This document shows positions 8,437 through 17,520 of a stretch of DNA of 43,707 nt, piece after piece. The DNA comes from an uncultured Altererythrobacter sp. (lineage in GTDB: Bacteria > Pseudomonadota > Alphaproteobacteria > Sphingomonadales > Sphingomonadaceae). Below the pieces are notes generated by a model, which was not told the origin of the DNA, did no database searches, and saw only the letters and a program-made list of their open reading frames with translations. The translations under genes were made by a program, and so were the position numbers. Within the stretch, counting starts at the first letter, position 1, and the number at the start of each line of letters is the position of its first letter. The DNA is taken from positions 1-43,707 of the forward strand of contig CAJXLD010000001.1 in assembly GCA_913055595.1 (NCBI GenBank), read 5' to 3'.

Positions 8437-9587
8437 CAACCAAAAAATCCCAGAAAGCCGTTGCGGATGCGCTGCAGGAGACCTGCCTCGGCCACACTCT
8501 CGGCGGCTTCAAGCGGAACGTCGAAAGGTGGTTGCCCGGCGATCTCTATGCGCAAGTCGGCGATATGCTGGCCTTCCGCAATTGGTGCAGCAATCGGCCC
8601 GTGGTAGCGAATTGTCGTGCTCACTTCGTCGCTGGAGCCGCTTGCCACACCAATAGTGACATCCTCGGAAGCGCGTAGGGGCACCTTCAGTACTACGCCA
8701 TTCTGAACCTTCGCATGGCCGACTTCGCTTCCCTGCGCCGCCAAGACCTGCAAGATGAAATCGGAGAAGCCCCATACGAGCAAGTCTCGAGCTGTTCGGT
8801 CCCTCACCCGCGCATCGGAGGCCCCTGCAAGCACGACCACAAGCCTCCGGCCATCTCGCTCGGCGGAACCTAGAAACGTATTCCCAGCCTCATTGGTAAA
8901 GCCCGTCTTGATCCCGTCCGCACCTCTGACGCGTCCAGTGATAGGGTCATGATTGCGCTGGGTAATGCCGTTCCACGTTAGCGTCCGGTGCCCGAAATAG
9001 CGACGATAGAGGTCCGGATGGCGCGTCACCAGCGCCTCTGCCAACAAAGCCAGATCCTGAGCGGAGGTGAAGGTACGTCCCTCATCGGGCAAGCCGTTGA
9101 CTGAACCGAAATGGGTATTGCGCATGCCCAGATCGCGTGCATTTGCATTCATTAGATCGATCCAGTCGTCGAGCGAGCCGACAGAAGCCATGGCCAGAGC
9201 GACGCTCGCATCGTTTCCGGAAACGGTCGTTGCGCCCAGAATAAGTTCTCCAATCGTCGGCCGATCTCCAGAGCGCAGAAACATGTTCGATCCGTTTGCG
9301 TACCAGTTATCCTGCAAATCGGGGGTGATCAGATACGGCGTCGACGGCCTGATCCTCCCTTCCTTGACCAGCTCGAAGGCTGTGTAGGCGGTCATGGTCT
9401 TGACCACAGAAGCAGGGACGAAACGGCGTTCTGCCTCGCGCGCGAAGAGGATCTGGCCATTCGAAATATCCTTGAGCAACACGACGGGAATGGCCGGATC
9501 GACGGGAGCAGGTGCAGGATTGGCCGGCACGGCGCAACAAAGCACCGCCAGCACAGCCGCAGACCAGATACTCCGCAATCTATTCAA
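8436..9587 (-). CDS. dacA: D-alanyl-D-alanine carboxypeptidase (S11); probable TTG start at 9587
   Basis: SxxK (SVVK), SxN (SGN) and KTG motifs; signal-peptide-like N-terminus; GGGGAA upstream of TTG. Confidence 0.9.
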   Translation of the reverse strand: MNRLRSIWSAAVLAVLCCAVPANPAPAPVDPAIPVVLLKDISNGQILFAREAERRFVPASVVKTMTAYTAFELVKEGRIRPSTPYLITPDLQDNWYANGSNMFLRSGDRPTIGELILGATTVSGNDASVALAMASVGSLDDWIDLMNANARDLGMRNTHFGSVNGLPDEGRTFTSAQDLALLAEALVTRHPDLYRRYFGHRTLTWNGITQRNHDPITGRVRGADGIKTGFTNEAGNTFLGSAERDGRRLVVVLAGASDARVRDRTARDLLVWGFSDFILQVLAAQGSEVGHAKVQNGVVLKVPLRASEDVTIGVASGSSDEVSTTIRYHGPIAAPIAEGQHIADLRIEIAGQPPFDVPLEAAESVAEAGLLQRIRNGFLGFFG

Positions 9588-9657
9588 TGCCGTTCCCCGC
9601 CCGATTGCGGCATGCAAACCGGACCTAGCTGTGTGACAGGATTCGAGCGAAGGTATA

Positions 9658-9682
9658 GCTCGCCATGCGAGCATTGGCGAGC
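9658..9682. terminator. Hairpin between mltB and dacA (possible terminator or stability element)
   Basis: GCTCGCCA-TGCGAGCAT-TGGCGAGC inverted repeat; no clear U-tract. Confidence 0.4.
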
Positions 9683-9697
9683 AGCGGGAACGAGTTG

Positions 9698-10732
9698 TTA
9701 CTGTGCAATCGCATCCGCCAAAAGGCCAACACTCATGGCATAGTAGTTCGAGCAATTATATTCGAGGATGGCGCGGTAGTTCTGCGTCAGGAGATAACCA
9801 GGTGCAGCCGGACCATCGGGCTCGAATAGCATCGCCATCACATCATCGCCAATCTCGCCGCGAGGGATCACTCCCATTGCGCGCCATTCGCTTACGGGCA
9901 GGAACTTGCTGTGGCGAGGATGGACGCGGGGGCATTCAGGATCGACATAGTCTCCTGCAACCGCATCTCTGTCTACCGAATTGGGAACATAGGCCCGTAC
10001 ACCCCAAGCCTCGCCCGCTTGCCAGCCATGGTCACGAAAATAGTTCGCAATGGAATGCAACGTGTCTGCATCACTGTTCCAGATATCACGCGCGCCGTCC
10101 CCATCGCCATCGACGGCCAGGCGGAGATAGACACTGGGGAGGAATTGCGGATTGCCAAAGGCCCCTGCCCAGCTACCCACCAGATTGCTTCGCGCAACAC
10201 CACTGTCAGCGATCTTGAGTACATCGATCAACTCGCGTTCGAATCGATCGCGACGACGCCCTTCCCATGCGAGCGTCGCGATAGACCGCGGCAGATCAAA
10301 TCCGCCTTTCACCGCCCCATAAGCCGTCTCATGCCCCCAGATCGCCACGATGATTTCCGCCGGGACGCCATAGGTTTGCTCAACCGAGTTTGCGAGCGAG
10401 GCTATCCGCGCCATCGTCCGCCTACCGCCATTGATGCGCGACTGAGAATTGTGACGCTCAATATAGCTCGACATGAAGGCAAAACCCGTATCGGGATTCA
10501 ACCTGCCACTGGAAGTAACGTTGTCGCGATCGAGTTCGATCACCCGGTTGTTTGGCGTGAGATCGGCAAAAACCTCGCTGATGGTCGCATCGCGCACACC
10601 CTCCGCGCGCGCCTTTGCGGCCACGCTATCCAGATAGGCTTCAAAGCTCTGCTCCTGCGCGCGCAAATCAGATGGAGCCACCGTGATTCCGGTGGCCAAT
10701 GCCATTGCCAAAACTAGCGATTTCCTGATCAT
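9698..10732 (-). CDS. mltB: Lytic murein transglycosylase (MltB/Slt35 family)
   Basis: AIWGHETAYG, GSWAGAFGNPQFLPS, DGDGDG EF-hand-like loop and YNCSNYYA motifs. Confidence 0.88.
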   Translation of the reverse strand: MIRKSLVLAMALATGITVAPSDLRAQEQSFEAYLDSVAAKARAEGVRDATISEVFADLTPNNRVIELDRDNVTSSGRLNPDTGFAFMSSYIERHNSQSRINGGRRTMARIASLANSVEQTYGVPAEIIVAIWGHETAYGAVKGGFDLPRSIATLAWEGRRRDRFERELIDVLKIADSGVARSNLVGSWAGAFGNPQFLPSVYLRLAVDGDGDGARDIWNSDADTLHSIANYFRDHGWQAGEAWGVRAYVPNSVDRDAVAGDYVDPECPRVHPRHSKFLPVSEWRAMGVIPRGEIGDDVMAMLFEPDGPAAPGYLLTQNYRAILEYNCSNYYAMSVGLLADAIAQ

Positions 10733-10831
10733 GATCACAATCTGCCACGACGTCCTAATGTTTGGAATCCCTCACCTACCCAATTGCGGCAAAACGATTC
10801 CTGAACACGCCCGACAGTGTGCGAATATGTC

Positions 10832-11698
10832 CTAGTCTCCCAGATCGGGTTGCATGTCAGGGTTGTCGGCCAACATCTCGGCAAAAGGCGGGAAGCCGCA
10901 ATTATCCTCGTCGCCGCAATTGGTCACTGTATGAATATAGCGAAGCTTTCCATCTTCGACACGAAAGGTGTGGCTGTCCGGGCGCTTGCTTTCGCCGAAT
11001 TCGAGGAAGACGTTTACCGCTCCAAGAACTTCGTCGACAACATAACGGCGTTCGAGCAGTTCCACGCCATCGGGCACGCCGACGTTGCATGTGTCTGTCG
11101 GCTCACCGCGCCCCGTGTAGATGCCGCCTTCCAATCGAGCACACGGCGTACCCCAGGGTACTTCTACGCCCTTGTCGTTGAACAGGTCGAGATAGGCATC
11201 TGCCGCCGCAATCAATGTTGCCCGATCGGCCCGTTCACCTTCGGGAATTTCACCCCAATCCTCACGACTGGCATAATAGGCAGTGCGCTCGGCATCAAAC
11301 AGCCAATCGCCTTCATCCGTAACGATATTGTCGAAGGGTCCGGTGCCGAAGAAGCCATTGCTGACCTGCGTTGCCAGCACTTCCATTGTGCCATCCTCCT
11401 TGCGGGTCACGGCCTCGACATAGGTCTTGCAGTCTGTGGTATCGAGCAGTGCCATGTGCCAGATGACTTCGCGCGGTTCGGAAAGGAACTGTCCGAGGGA
11501 AGCGCGGCGAAAGTTCTCGTCATAATCGACCCACTCGCCGAGATTCATGGTCATCATCGTACCCTGCTCGAGCGCGGCAACCCAGCTCTCGGCAATAGCC
11601 TCTACAAACGGACGGTCACACCCGGCCTGGGCAGCAGCGGGCGTGGCAAAGGCGAAGGCCGATGATGCGGCCAGAACGGCAAGCAGCTTACGCTTCAT
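10832..11698 (-). CDS. Secreted hypothetical protein, paralog 1 (resembles DUF8021-like family from memory)
   Basis: MKRKLLAVLAASSAFAFATPAAAQ signal peptide; GGAGAGAG RBS; six Cys; WLFDA, LIAAADAYLD and VPWGTPCARLEGG motifs shared with the neighbour. Confidence 0.8.
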   Translation of the reverse strand: MKRKLLAVLAASSAFAFATPAAAQAGCDRPFVEAIAESWVAALEQGTMMTMNLGEWVDYDENFRRASLGQFLSEPREVIWHMALLDTTDCKTYVEAVTRKEDGTMEVLATQVSNGFFGTGPFDNIVTDEGDWLFDAERTAYYASREDWGEIPEGERADRATLIAAADAYLDLFNDKGVEVPWGTPCARLEGGIYTGRGEPTDTCNVGVPDGVELLERRYVVDEVLGAVNVFLEFGESKRPDSHTFRVEDGKLRYIHTVTNCGDEDNCGFPPFAEMLADNPDMQPDLGD

Positions 11699-11744
11699 AT
11701 GTCTCTCTCCATCTCTTCCGGCACCTTGCGAGCATGCCGTTATC

Positions 11745-12608
11745 CTATAGTCCGACCAGACCCCCGTCAGCCTGCAACCCCTCCAGCGAAGGGAAGCCGC
11801 AACGCTCAAGGCCTTTGCAATGTGTTGCCGCGTGGACATAGCGCAGAACGCCTCCCTCAAGGCGGAATGTATGGCTGTCGGGGAGTTGGTCCGGTCCGAA
11901 TTTTGACAAGACGCTGACCGCCTGACGGGCCACGTCGGCGACATATTGGCGCTCGACGATCTCGATCGCGCCTGGCTCGTTCGGCATTCCCAACTCACAC
12001 GTGTCAGTCGGCTCTCCCCGGCCGGTATATGCGCCGCCCTCGATCCGTGTGCAGGGATAGCCCCAAGGCACGTCAACGCTCGGATCGCTGAAACGGTCGA
12101 GATAGGCATCAGCAGCAGCGATCAACTCCTCGCGGCTCACACGGTCTGCCTCAGGCACAATGGACCAGTCTTCCTGTTCGGCATAGCCACGGAAGGCGTC
12201 CGCATCGAACAGCCAGTCGTTTTCGTCTGTCACTATATTCTGGAATCCGCCAACGCCGAAGAACCCCGCACCAAACTGGGTCGCGATCACTTGCTTGCCG
12301 ATCTCACTATCGACCACCGCCTCGACGAACACCTGGCACGTCTGCAAATCGTGCAGCTCAAGCTTGTATTCGATGGTGCGCGGATGATCGAGAAATCCGC
12401 CGAGCGACGAACGCTGGAAATTCTCGTCATAATCGACCCATTCGCCCAATTGCATGGTCATCATCGTGCCCTGCTCGAGCGCTGCGATCCAGCTTGCGCT
12501 CATTTCCTCCAGGCTTTCACTGGTGCACTGGCCCTGGGCGGCAGCGGGGGATGAAACGGCAAGGCCAATGGCCATAGCTGCAAGGGCAAATAGCGGTTGT
12601 CTTCTCAA
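11745..12608 (-). CDS. Secreted hypothetical protein, paralog 2; probable TTG start
   Basis: GAGAGG RBS before TTG at 12608; signal peptide ending AAAQ; colinear similarity to paralog 1. Confidence 0.8.
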   Translation of the reverse strand: MRRQPLFALAAMAIGLAVSSPAAAQGQCTSESLEEMSASWIAALEQGTMMTMQLGEWVDYDENFQRSSLGGFLDHPRTIEYKLELHDLQTCQVFVEAVVDSEIGKQVIATQFGAGFFGVGGFQNIVTDENDWLFDADAFRGYAEQEDWSIVPEADRVSREELIAAADAYLDRFSDPSVDVPWGYPCTRIEGGAYTGRGEPTDTCELGMPNEPGAIEIVERQYVADVARQAVSVLSKFGPDQLPDSHTFRLEGGVLRYVHAATHCKGLERCGFPSLEGLQADGGLVGL

Positions 12609-12671
12609 GTTAATGTCCTCTCTCCCAAGCGGACAAGAGCGCGAACACGCGCTCTCTCGCAAGTCGAGTCT

Positions 12672-12754
12672 GTCTTATGATAATCATCAATGGCTGTCAC
12701 GGGTCGGAAATCCATTCTTGGCCGTGACAAGCCTTGAAAAGGCCGCTAGGTCGC
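12672..12754. promoter_or_regulatory. Back-to-back sigma70-like promoters for the paralog pair (-) and tRNA-Ser (+)
   Basis: Minus strand GTGACA-N17-TAAGAC (12700-12672); plus strand GTGACA-N17-TAGGTC (12724-12752), with the alpha-type GCTA at -10. Confidence 0.5.
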
Positions 12755-12767
12755 CACTCGCTCGCGC

Positions 12768-12857
12768 GGACAGGTGGCAGAGCGGTTGAATGCACCGGTC
12801 TTGAAAACCGGCAAGGGTGCAAGCCCTTCGTGGGTTCGAATCCCACCCTGTCCGCCA
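12768..12857 (+). tRNA. tRNA-Ser (anticodon UGA)
   Basis: GGACAGG/CCTGTCC acceptor stem, CCGGT-CTTGAAA-ACCGG anticodon arm, long variable arm, GGTTCGAATCC T-arm, encoded GCCA end. Confidence 0.98.
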
Positions 12858-12892
12858 GCTTTGACCGCGAAAGGCGCGCTGGAGGCAGCTAG

Positions 12893-13558
12893 GTGCGATT
12901 GTTCGGAAGATATCGAAAACGCACCTGGCCAAAATTCGGCGAAAATTCGACCATCAAAAAAACGGCGGAGATCAAGAACTGGGTCGAGATTGAGGATCCG
13001 GTCCATATCGGGCCCTACTGCAATATTTCGGCCAGATCGATCGGACGCTACACATTCATCAACGCCCATTGTTCGATCTTTGGCAGTGTCACGATCGGGC
13101 GGTTTTCTAGCATTGCCCAAAGATGCCAGGTCGGCGGCGCCGAGCATCAGCTGGACTATGTTTCGACAAGCTCTTTCCGGCTTCAGCGACACTGGTTCCG
13201 AGACGATCCGCTGGCTCAGTCAGCCGAACTCCTTCCAACCCCGGAATACAACGGTGGTCGCCGCTCCAGAGAGACATTGATCGGCCATGACGTTTGGCTA
13301 GGGGCCTCTTCCATTGTTCTCAAGGGCGTGACCATTGGCGATGGTGCAGTGATTGGCGCTGGTGCCGTGGTCACCAAGGACGTTCCGCCCTATGCGATCG
13401 TTGTCGGGAATCCGGCACAGATCATCCGATTTCGTTTCCCGCCAGAGATTATCGCGCGATTCATGGCAGCAGAATGGTGGAACAAAGACCCGGAGCTCAT
13501 TGCCCGCCTTCCACTGGCCGATGTTGAACAAACCCTCAAAATCCTTGAGGAGACCTAG
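12893..13558 (+). CDS. CatB/Vat-related hexapeptide-repeat O-acetyltransferase (XAT family)
   Basis: IGHDVWLG...[35 protein letters not shown]...WWN tail, His in [10 protein letters not shown]; GGAGG RBS. Confidence 0.85.
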   Translation: MRLFGRYRKRTWPKFGENSTIKKTAEIKNWVEIEDPVHIGPYCNISARSIGRYTFINAHCSIFGSVTIGRFSSIAQRCQVGGAEHQLDYVSTSSFRLQRHWFRDDPLAQSAELLPTPEYNGGRRSRETLIGHDVWLGASSIVLKGVTIGDGAVIGAGAVVTKDVPPYAIVVGNPAQIIRFRFPPEIIARFMAAEWWNKDPELIARLPLADVEQTLKILEET

Positions 13559-13583
13559 AGCTAGGTCTTCGCACCCTTCACAT

Positions 13584-13611
13584 AGAGAAAAGGCGGCGTT
13601 TGCGCGCCGCC
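13584..13611 (-). terminator. Rho-independent terminator
   Basis: Minus strand GGCGGCG-CGCAAA-CGCCGCC followed by TTTTCTCT. Confidence 0.75.
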
Positions 13612-13633
13612 CCTTCACTTCAATCCTTATAAA

Positions 13634-13762
13634 TCAGCGCGCTTGCCGCAGCTGAAAACGCGGGCTTGCGCCGACAGGCGACGATAAGCGAATCCGCTTC
13701 AAATCCTTTTTCACCGCACGATAATGGCGAATGATGCGAATGGGTTGGAGAATGAAATCCAT
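13634..13762 (-). CDS. Putative 42-aa basic small protein (not in ORF track)
   Basis: MDFILQPIRIIRHYRAVKKDLKRIRLSSPVGASPRFQLRQAR*; AGAGAGG RBS 8 nt upstream; terminator 22 nt downstream. Confidence 0.55.
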   Translation of the reverse strand: MDFILQPIRIIRHYRAVKKDLKRIRLSSPVGASPRFQLRQAR

Positions 13763-13888
13763 TCAAGCGACCTCTCTGTTACGCGGCCATTTTTTAGCTC
13801 GCGGCGCACAGGTTTCAGAAATTAACCATAATGTCGAGTGGAAAAGTGAAATAAATTCGTCACATGTGCGATTTCTGAGACGAACGAC

Positions 13889-15301
13889 CTAAATGTGCAG
13901 CGCCCGCCCATAGGCCCCTAATACGCTTTCATGCATGCTTTCCGAGATCGTCGGATGCGGGAATACCGTCTGCATCAGTTCCGCCTCGGTGGTCTCCAGC
14001 GTCTTGCCCACGACATAACCCTGGATCATCTCGGTCACCTCGGCGCCAACCATATGTGCACCGAGCAATTCCCCTGTCTTGGCGTCGAACACGGTCTTGG
14101 TGAACCCTTCCGCCTCGCCCAGCGCGATGGCCTTGCCGTTGCCGATGAAGGGGAACATGCCGACCTTGACCTGATACCCCGCTTCCTTCGCCTTCGCCTC
14201 GGTCATGCCGACGCTGGCGATCTGCGGATGGCAATAGGTGCACCCCGGAATATTGTTGCGGTCGAGTGGATGCGGATGGACGGTCTTGTTGCCCAGTTCC
14301 TTGGCAATCGCTTCCGCGGCGGTCACACCTTCATGGCTGGCCTTGTGCGCGAGCCATGGTCCCGGCGTGCAGTCACCGATCGCCCACAGGCCCTTTGACT
14401 TGGTGCGGCCATAGGGATCGATCTGGATGAAGCCACGGTCCAGATCGGCCAGCTTGTCGATACCGATATTCTCTGTGTTCGGAACAATGCCGATGGCGAC
14501 GATACAGTGACTGAACTCGGTCGTTTCGACCTTGCCATCCTTGTTCTTTATCTTGGCGGAAACGCCCTTGTCGGAAACCTTCAGTTCCTCGACGCCAGCT
14601 CCCGCCTTGATCGTAATGCCCTGCTTGGTGAGCGCCTTTTCAAGGAAGGCGGAAACGTCTTTGTCCTCCACCGGAACAATCCGGTCGAGCATTTCGACCA
14701 CGGTCACATCGCAGCCCATATCATTGTAGAAGCTTGCGAATTCGATGCCGATGGCACCCGATCCGATCACCAGCAGCTTCTTGGGCATCTCCGATGGCGT
14801 CATGGCATGACGATAGGTCCACACGCGCTTGCCGTCTGCCGGGGCGAAAGGCAGGTCGCGCGCACGGGCACCAGTGGCGACGATCACATGCTTGGCGGAG
14901 ATTTTTTCCTCGCCCTTCTCGCCCTTCACGGTGATAGAGGTCGGGCCGGTCAGCGTCCCCTCCCCCATATGCACGGTGATCTTGTTCTTCTTCATCAGGT
15001 GCGTGACGCCCTGGTTGAGCTGCTTGGCCACGCCGCGGCTGCGCTTCACCACGGCTTCAAGGTCGGCCTCGATCGCGCCCGCGATCTTCAAACCGTAATC
15101 CTTGGCATGCTGGGCATAGTGGAGGATCTCGGCCGAACGGAGCAACGCCTTGGTGGGGATACAGCCCCAATTGAGGCAGATACCGCCGAGCAGTTCGCGC
15201 TCGACAATGGCCGTCTTGAGCCCAAGTTGCGCAGATCGAATGGCGGCGACATATCCGCCGGGGCCCGAACCGAGAACGACTACGTCATAGCTGGCTGCCA
15301 C
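13889..15301 (-). CDS. lpdA: Dihydrolipoyl dehydrogenase (E3)
   Basis: GSGPGGY, GGICLNWGCIP, GSGAIG and HPTISE motifs. Confidence 0.97.
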   Translation of the reverse strand: MAASYDVVVLGSGPGGYVAAIRSAQLGLKTAIVERELLGGICLNWGCIPTKALLRSAEILHYAQHAKDYGLKIAGAIEADLEAVVKRSRGVAKQLNQGVTHLMKKNKITVHMGEGTLTGPTSITVKGEKGEEKISAKHVIVATGARARDLPFAPADGKRVWTYRHAMTPSEMPKKLLVIGSGAIGIEFASFYNDMGCDVTVVEMLDRIVPVEDKDVSAFLEKALTKQGITIKAGAGVEELKVSDKGVSAKIKNKDGKVETTEFSHCIVAIGIVPNTENIGIDKLADLDRGFIQIDPYGRTKSKGLWAIGDCTPGPWLAHKASHEGVTAAEAIAKELGNKTVHPHPLDRNNIPGCTYCHPQIASVGMTEAKAKEAGYQVKVGMFPFIGNGKAIALGEAEGFTKTVFDAKTGELLGAHMVGAEVTEMIQGYVVGKTLETTEAELMQTVFPHPTISESMHESVLGAYGRALHI

Positions 15302-15312
15302 GTCTTGAACTC

Positions 15313-15699
15313 CTAAGCTTCGATAGGCCGCGGACGACCCTCTTCATCGATTGCGACGAAGGTGAACTTCGCCTGTGTTACCTTGACCGCCTCTTCCGAG
15401 TGCCGTTCGCGCCGCCAGGCCTCGACAGCGATGGTCATGCTTGTGCGACCGATCTTGATAACATCGGTATAGACCGAAACCTCGCAGCCAACTTGTACCG
15501 GCGCAAGGAACTGCATGCCATCCATGGCGACAGTCACCGCGCGGCCGCGTGAATAGCGCGCTGCAGTGAGGCCCGCAGCATTATCCATAATCGAGACCAG
15601 CCAGCCACCGAAGATATCGCCATAGGCATTGGTGTCTCGCGGCATGGCGGTGACGCGGATGGCTGGATCGCGGCCTTTGTGGATTTCGGCTTCGCTCAT
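15313..15699 (-). CDS. Acyl-CoA thioesterase (YciA-like hotdog fold)
   Basis: DTNAYGDIFGGW, AVTVAMD, GRTSM and FTFVAID motifs; start MSEAE coupled to upstream stop. Confidence 0.88.
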   Translation of the reverse strand: MSEAEIHKGRDPAIRVTAMPRDTNAYGDIFGGWLVSIMDNAAGLTAARYSRGRAVTVAMDGMQFLAPVQVGCEVSVYTDVIKIGRTSMTIAVEAWRRERHSEEAVKVTQAKFTFVAIDEEGRPRPIEA

Positions 15700-16094
15700 T
15701 GTGTCGTCAAATTCAAATTGCTGGCCATGACCCATCCGTGCTCGCAGGGCCCTTCGTAGGCGCGCGGTTGGGCGACTGGCGTACTGACACGGCAATCGCC
15801 CAGGTCCTGGAACTCGCCAGTGGGGTAGACGATGCCTTGCCATTCATCCTCTGCCTCGCATAGCCAGACGAGTGTGCTTGTCGGCAAGCCACCCTTCTTG
15901 CGGGCATACTGGTCGGGCTCCTCGTAGACACTAAGCAGCTCTTCCATTGTAAAAATCCGGGCAATTCCGGCGCAAGCATCCATATCTGGACCATCATTGC
16001 CGATGATCGGCACGCGCTCTGCAGCTGCGCCCGGTGCGCTGGTCAGGCCAGACAGAATGGCTGCAATACCAAGCAGGATACCCCGCAGCTTCAT
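15696..16094 (-). CDS. Secreted hypothetical protein with four Cys (possibly SH3-like)
   Basis: Signal peptide; DAC, WLC, W.GIVY, DC.VS and GPC..GWV pattern. Confidence 0.7.
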   Translation of the reverse strand: MKLRGILLGIAAILSGLTSAPGAAAERVPIIGNDGPDMDACAGIARIFTMEELLSVYEEPDQYARKKGGLPTSTLVWLCEAEDEWQGIVYPTGEFQDLGDCRVSTPVAQPRAYEGPCEHGWVMASNLNLTTQ

Positions 16095-16105
16095 AAACTT
16101 TCCGA

Positions 16106-17380
16106 TCAGGCCAACAGCCCCAGCGGGTTTTCGACCAGTTCCTTGAACACTTTCATCAGCTGCGCACCGTCGGCACCGTCGATGGCGCGGTGGTCGAAGC
16201 TGCCGGTGGCGCTCATCACGGTCGCGATCTGCAGGCTGTCATCGCCGACATAAGGGCGCTTTTCGCCCGCGCCGATCGCCATGATCATCGCCTGCGGTGG
16301 GTTGATGACGGCTTCGAACTGCTTGATCCCGAACATGCCCATATTGGAGAGCGATGCAGTGCCGCCCTGATACTCTTCCGGAGCCAGCTTGCCTTCACGC
16401 GCGCGGCCCGCAAGGTCTTTCATCTCCTTGGAGATCGCGGAAACCGACTTGCTACCGGCATCCTTGACGATTGGCGTGATCAGCCCGCCATCGATCGATA
16501 CCGCCACCGAGATATCGGCACGGCTGAATTTGAGTAGCGTGTCGCCCGCGAACTGTACATTGCAGACGGGCACGGCTTCGAGCGACTTGGCCAGCGCCTT
16601 GATCAGCAAATCGTTCACCGACAGCTTCACGCCCTGTAATTCTAGCGATGCGTTGATCTCGCTGCGCAGCTTGAGCAGCTTGTCGAGCTGGATATCCACG
16701 GTGAGGTAGATATGCGGAACCTGCTGCTTGCTCTCGGTCAGGCGGCGCGCAATCGTCTTGCGCATGCCGGATAGCTTCTCGACCTCGTGCGGTATGCCGA
16801 AATCCTGCGCTTCGGCAGGGGCGCTCGGTGCCGAAGAAGGGGCAGCGACTGCGGCTGGCTTCGCGCCTTCGACATCGGCTTTGACGATCCGCCCATTCGG
16901 ACCTGTCCCGGTGACAGTGGAGAGATCGACTCCCTTTTGTTCGGCAATCCGCTTTGCCAAAGGCGAGGCGATAATCCGTGAACCGGATGGTGCGGGAGCC
17001 GAGGCAGGGCTAGGCGTGTTTGACGGGGCAGGCGCAGGAGAGGGAGCGGGCGCAGGAGCCTCTTCTGCTGCCGGAGCAGCAGCTGGCACGGGCGCGGCAT
17101 CGCCACTCGTGGCAGGCTTCACATCAGCAGGATCTTCACCCTCCTCAGCGAGCGTAGCGATCACTTCGCCCACCTTCACGCCCTCGGTGCCCTCTTCCAC
17201 GGCGATATGGGCGATCACGCCCTCATCCACCGCTTCGAATTCCATCGTTGCCTTGTCGGTTTCGATCTCCGCCATGATGTCACCGGCGGAAACCTCGTCC
17301 CCCACTTTCACCAGCCACTTGCTGAGAGTGCCTTCCTCCATGGTCGGCGAAAGGGCGGGCATCTTGATGGCGATTGACAT
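16106..17380 (-). CDS. pdhC: Pyruvate dehydrogenase E2, dihydrolipoamide acetyltransferase
   Basis: [13 protein letters not shown] lipoyl motif, Pro/Ala linker, ASPLAKR E3-binding domain, DHRAIDG. Confidence 0.96.
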   Translation of the reverse strand: MSIAIKMPALSPTMEEGTLSKWLVKVGDEVSAGDIMAEIETDKATMEFEAVDEGVIAHIAVEEGTEGVKVGEVIATLAEEGEDPADVKPATSGDAAPVPAAAPAAEEAPAPAPSPAPAPSNTPSPASAPAPSGSRIIASPLAKRIAEQKGVDLSTVTGTGPNGRIVKADVEGAKPAAVAAPSSAPSAPAEAQDFGIPHEVEKLSGMRKTIARRLTESKQQVPHIYLTVDIQLDKLLKLRSEINASLELQGVKLSVNDLLIKALAKSLEAVPVCNVQFAGDTLLKFSRADISVAVSIDGGLITPIVKDAGSKSVSAISKEMKDLAGRAREGKLAPEEYQGGTASLSNMGMFGIKQFEAVINPPQAMIMAIGAGEKRPYVGDDSLQIATVMSATGSFDHRAIDGADGAQLMKVFKELVENPLGLLA

Positions 17381-17520
17381 GGTTGGGCGCGTTTCCTTCT
17401 CAGGCGAATGCTAGTTCAGCGACTTCTGGCTGTCTCTGGCCAATTTGCCGCCGCGTATCAAGGTTCTTGCGTGTTTGCAGCTTTAAAGGGATAGTTTGTG
17501 TGCTTGAGGGGAGAAAACAA

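Noticed and set aside
12746-13280. ORFs spanning the tRNA (12774-13280 +, 12746-13192 -)
   Set aside because: They overlap tRNA-Ser and the acetyltransferase, so they are spurious
16990-17110. Low-complexity Pro/Ala repeats
   Set aside because: This is the normal flexible linker of PDH E2
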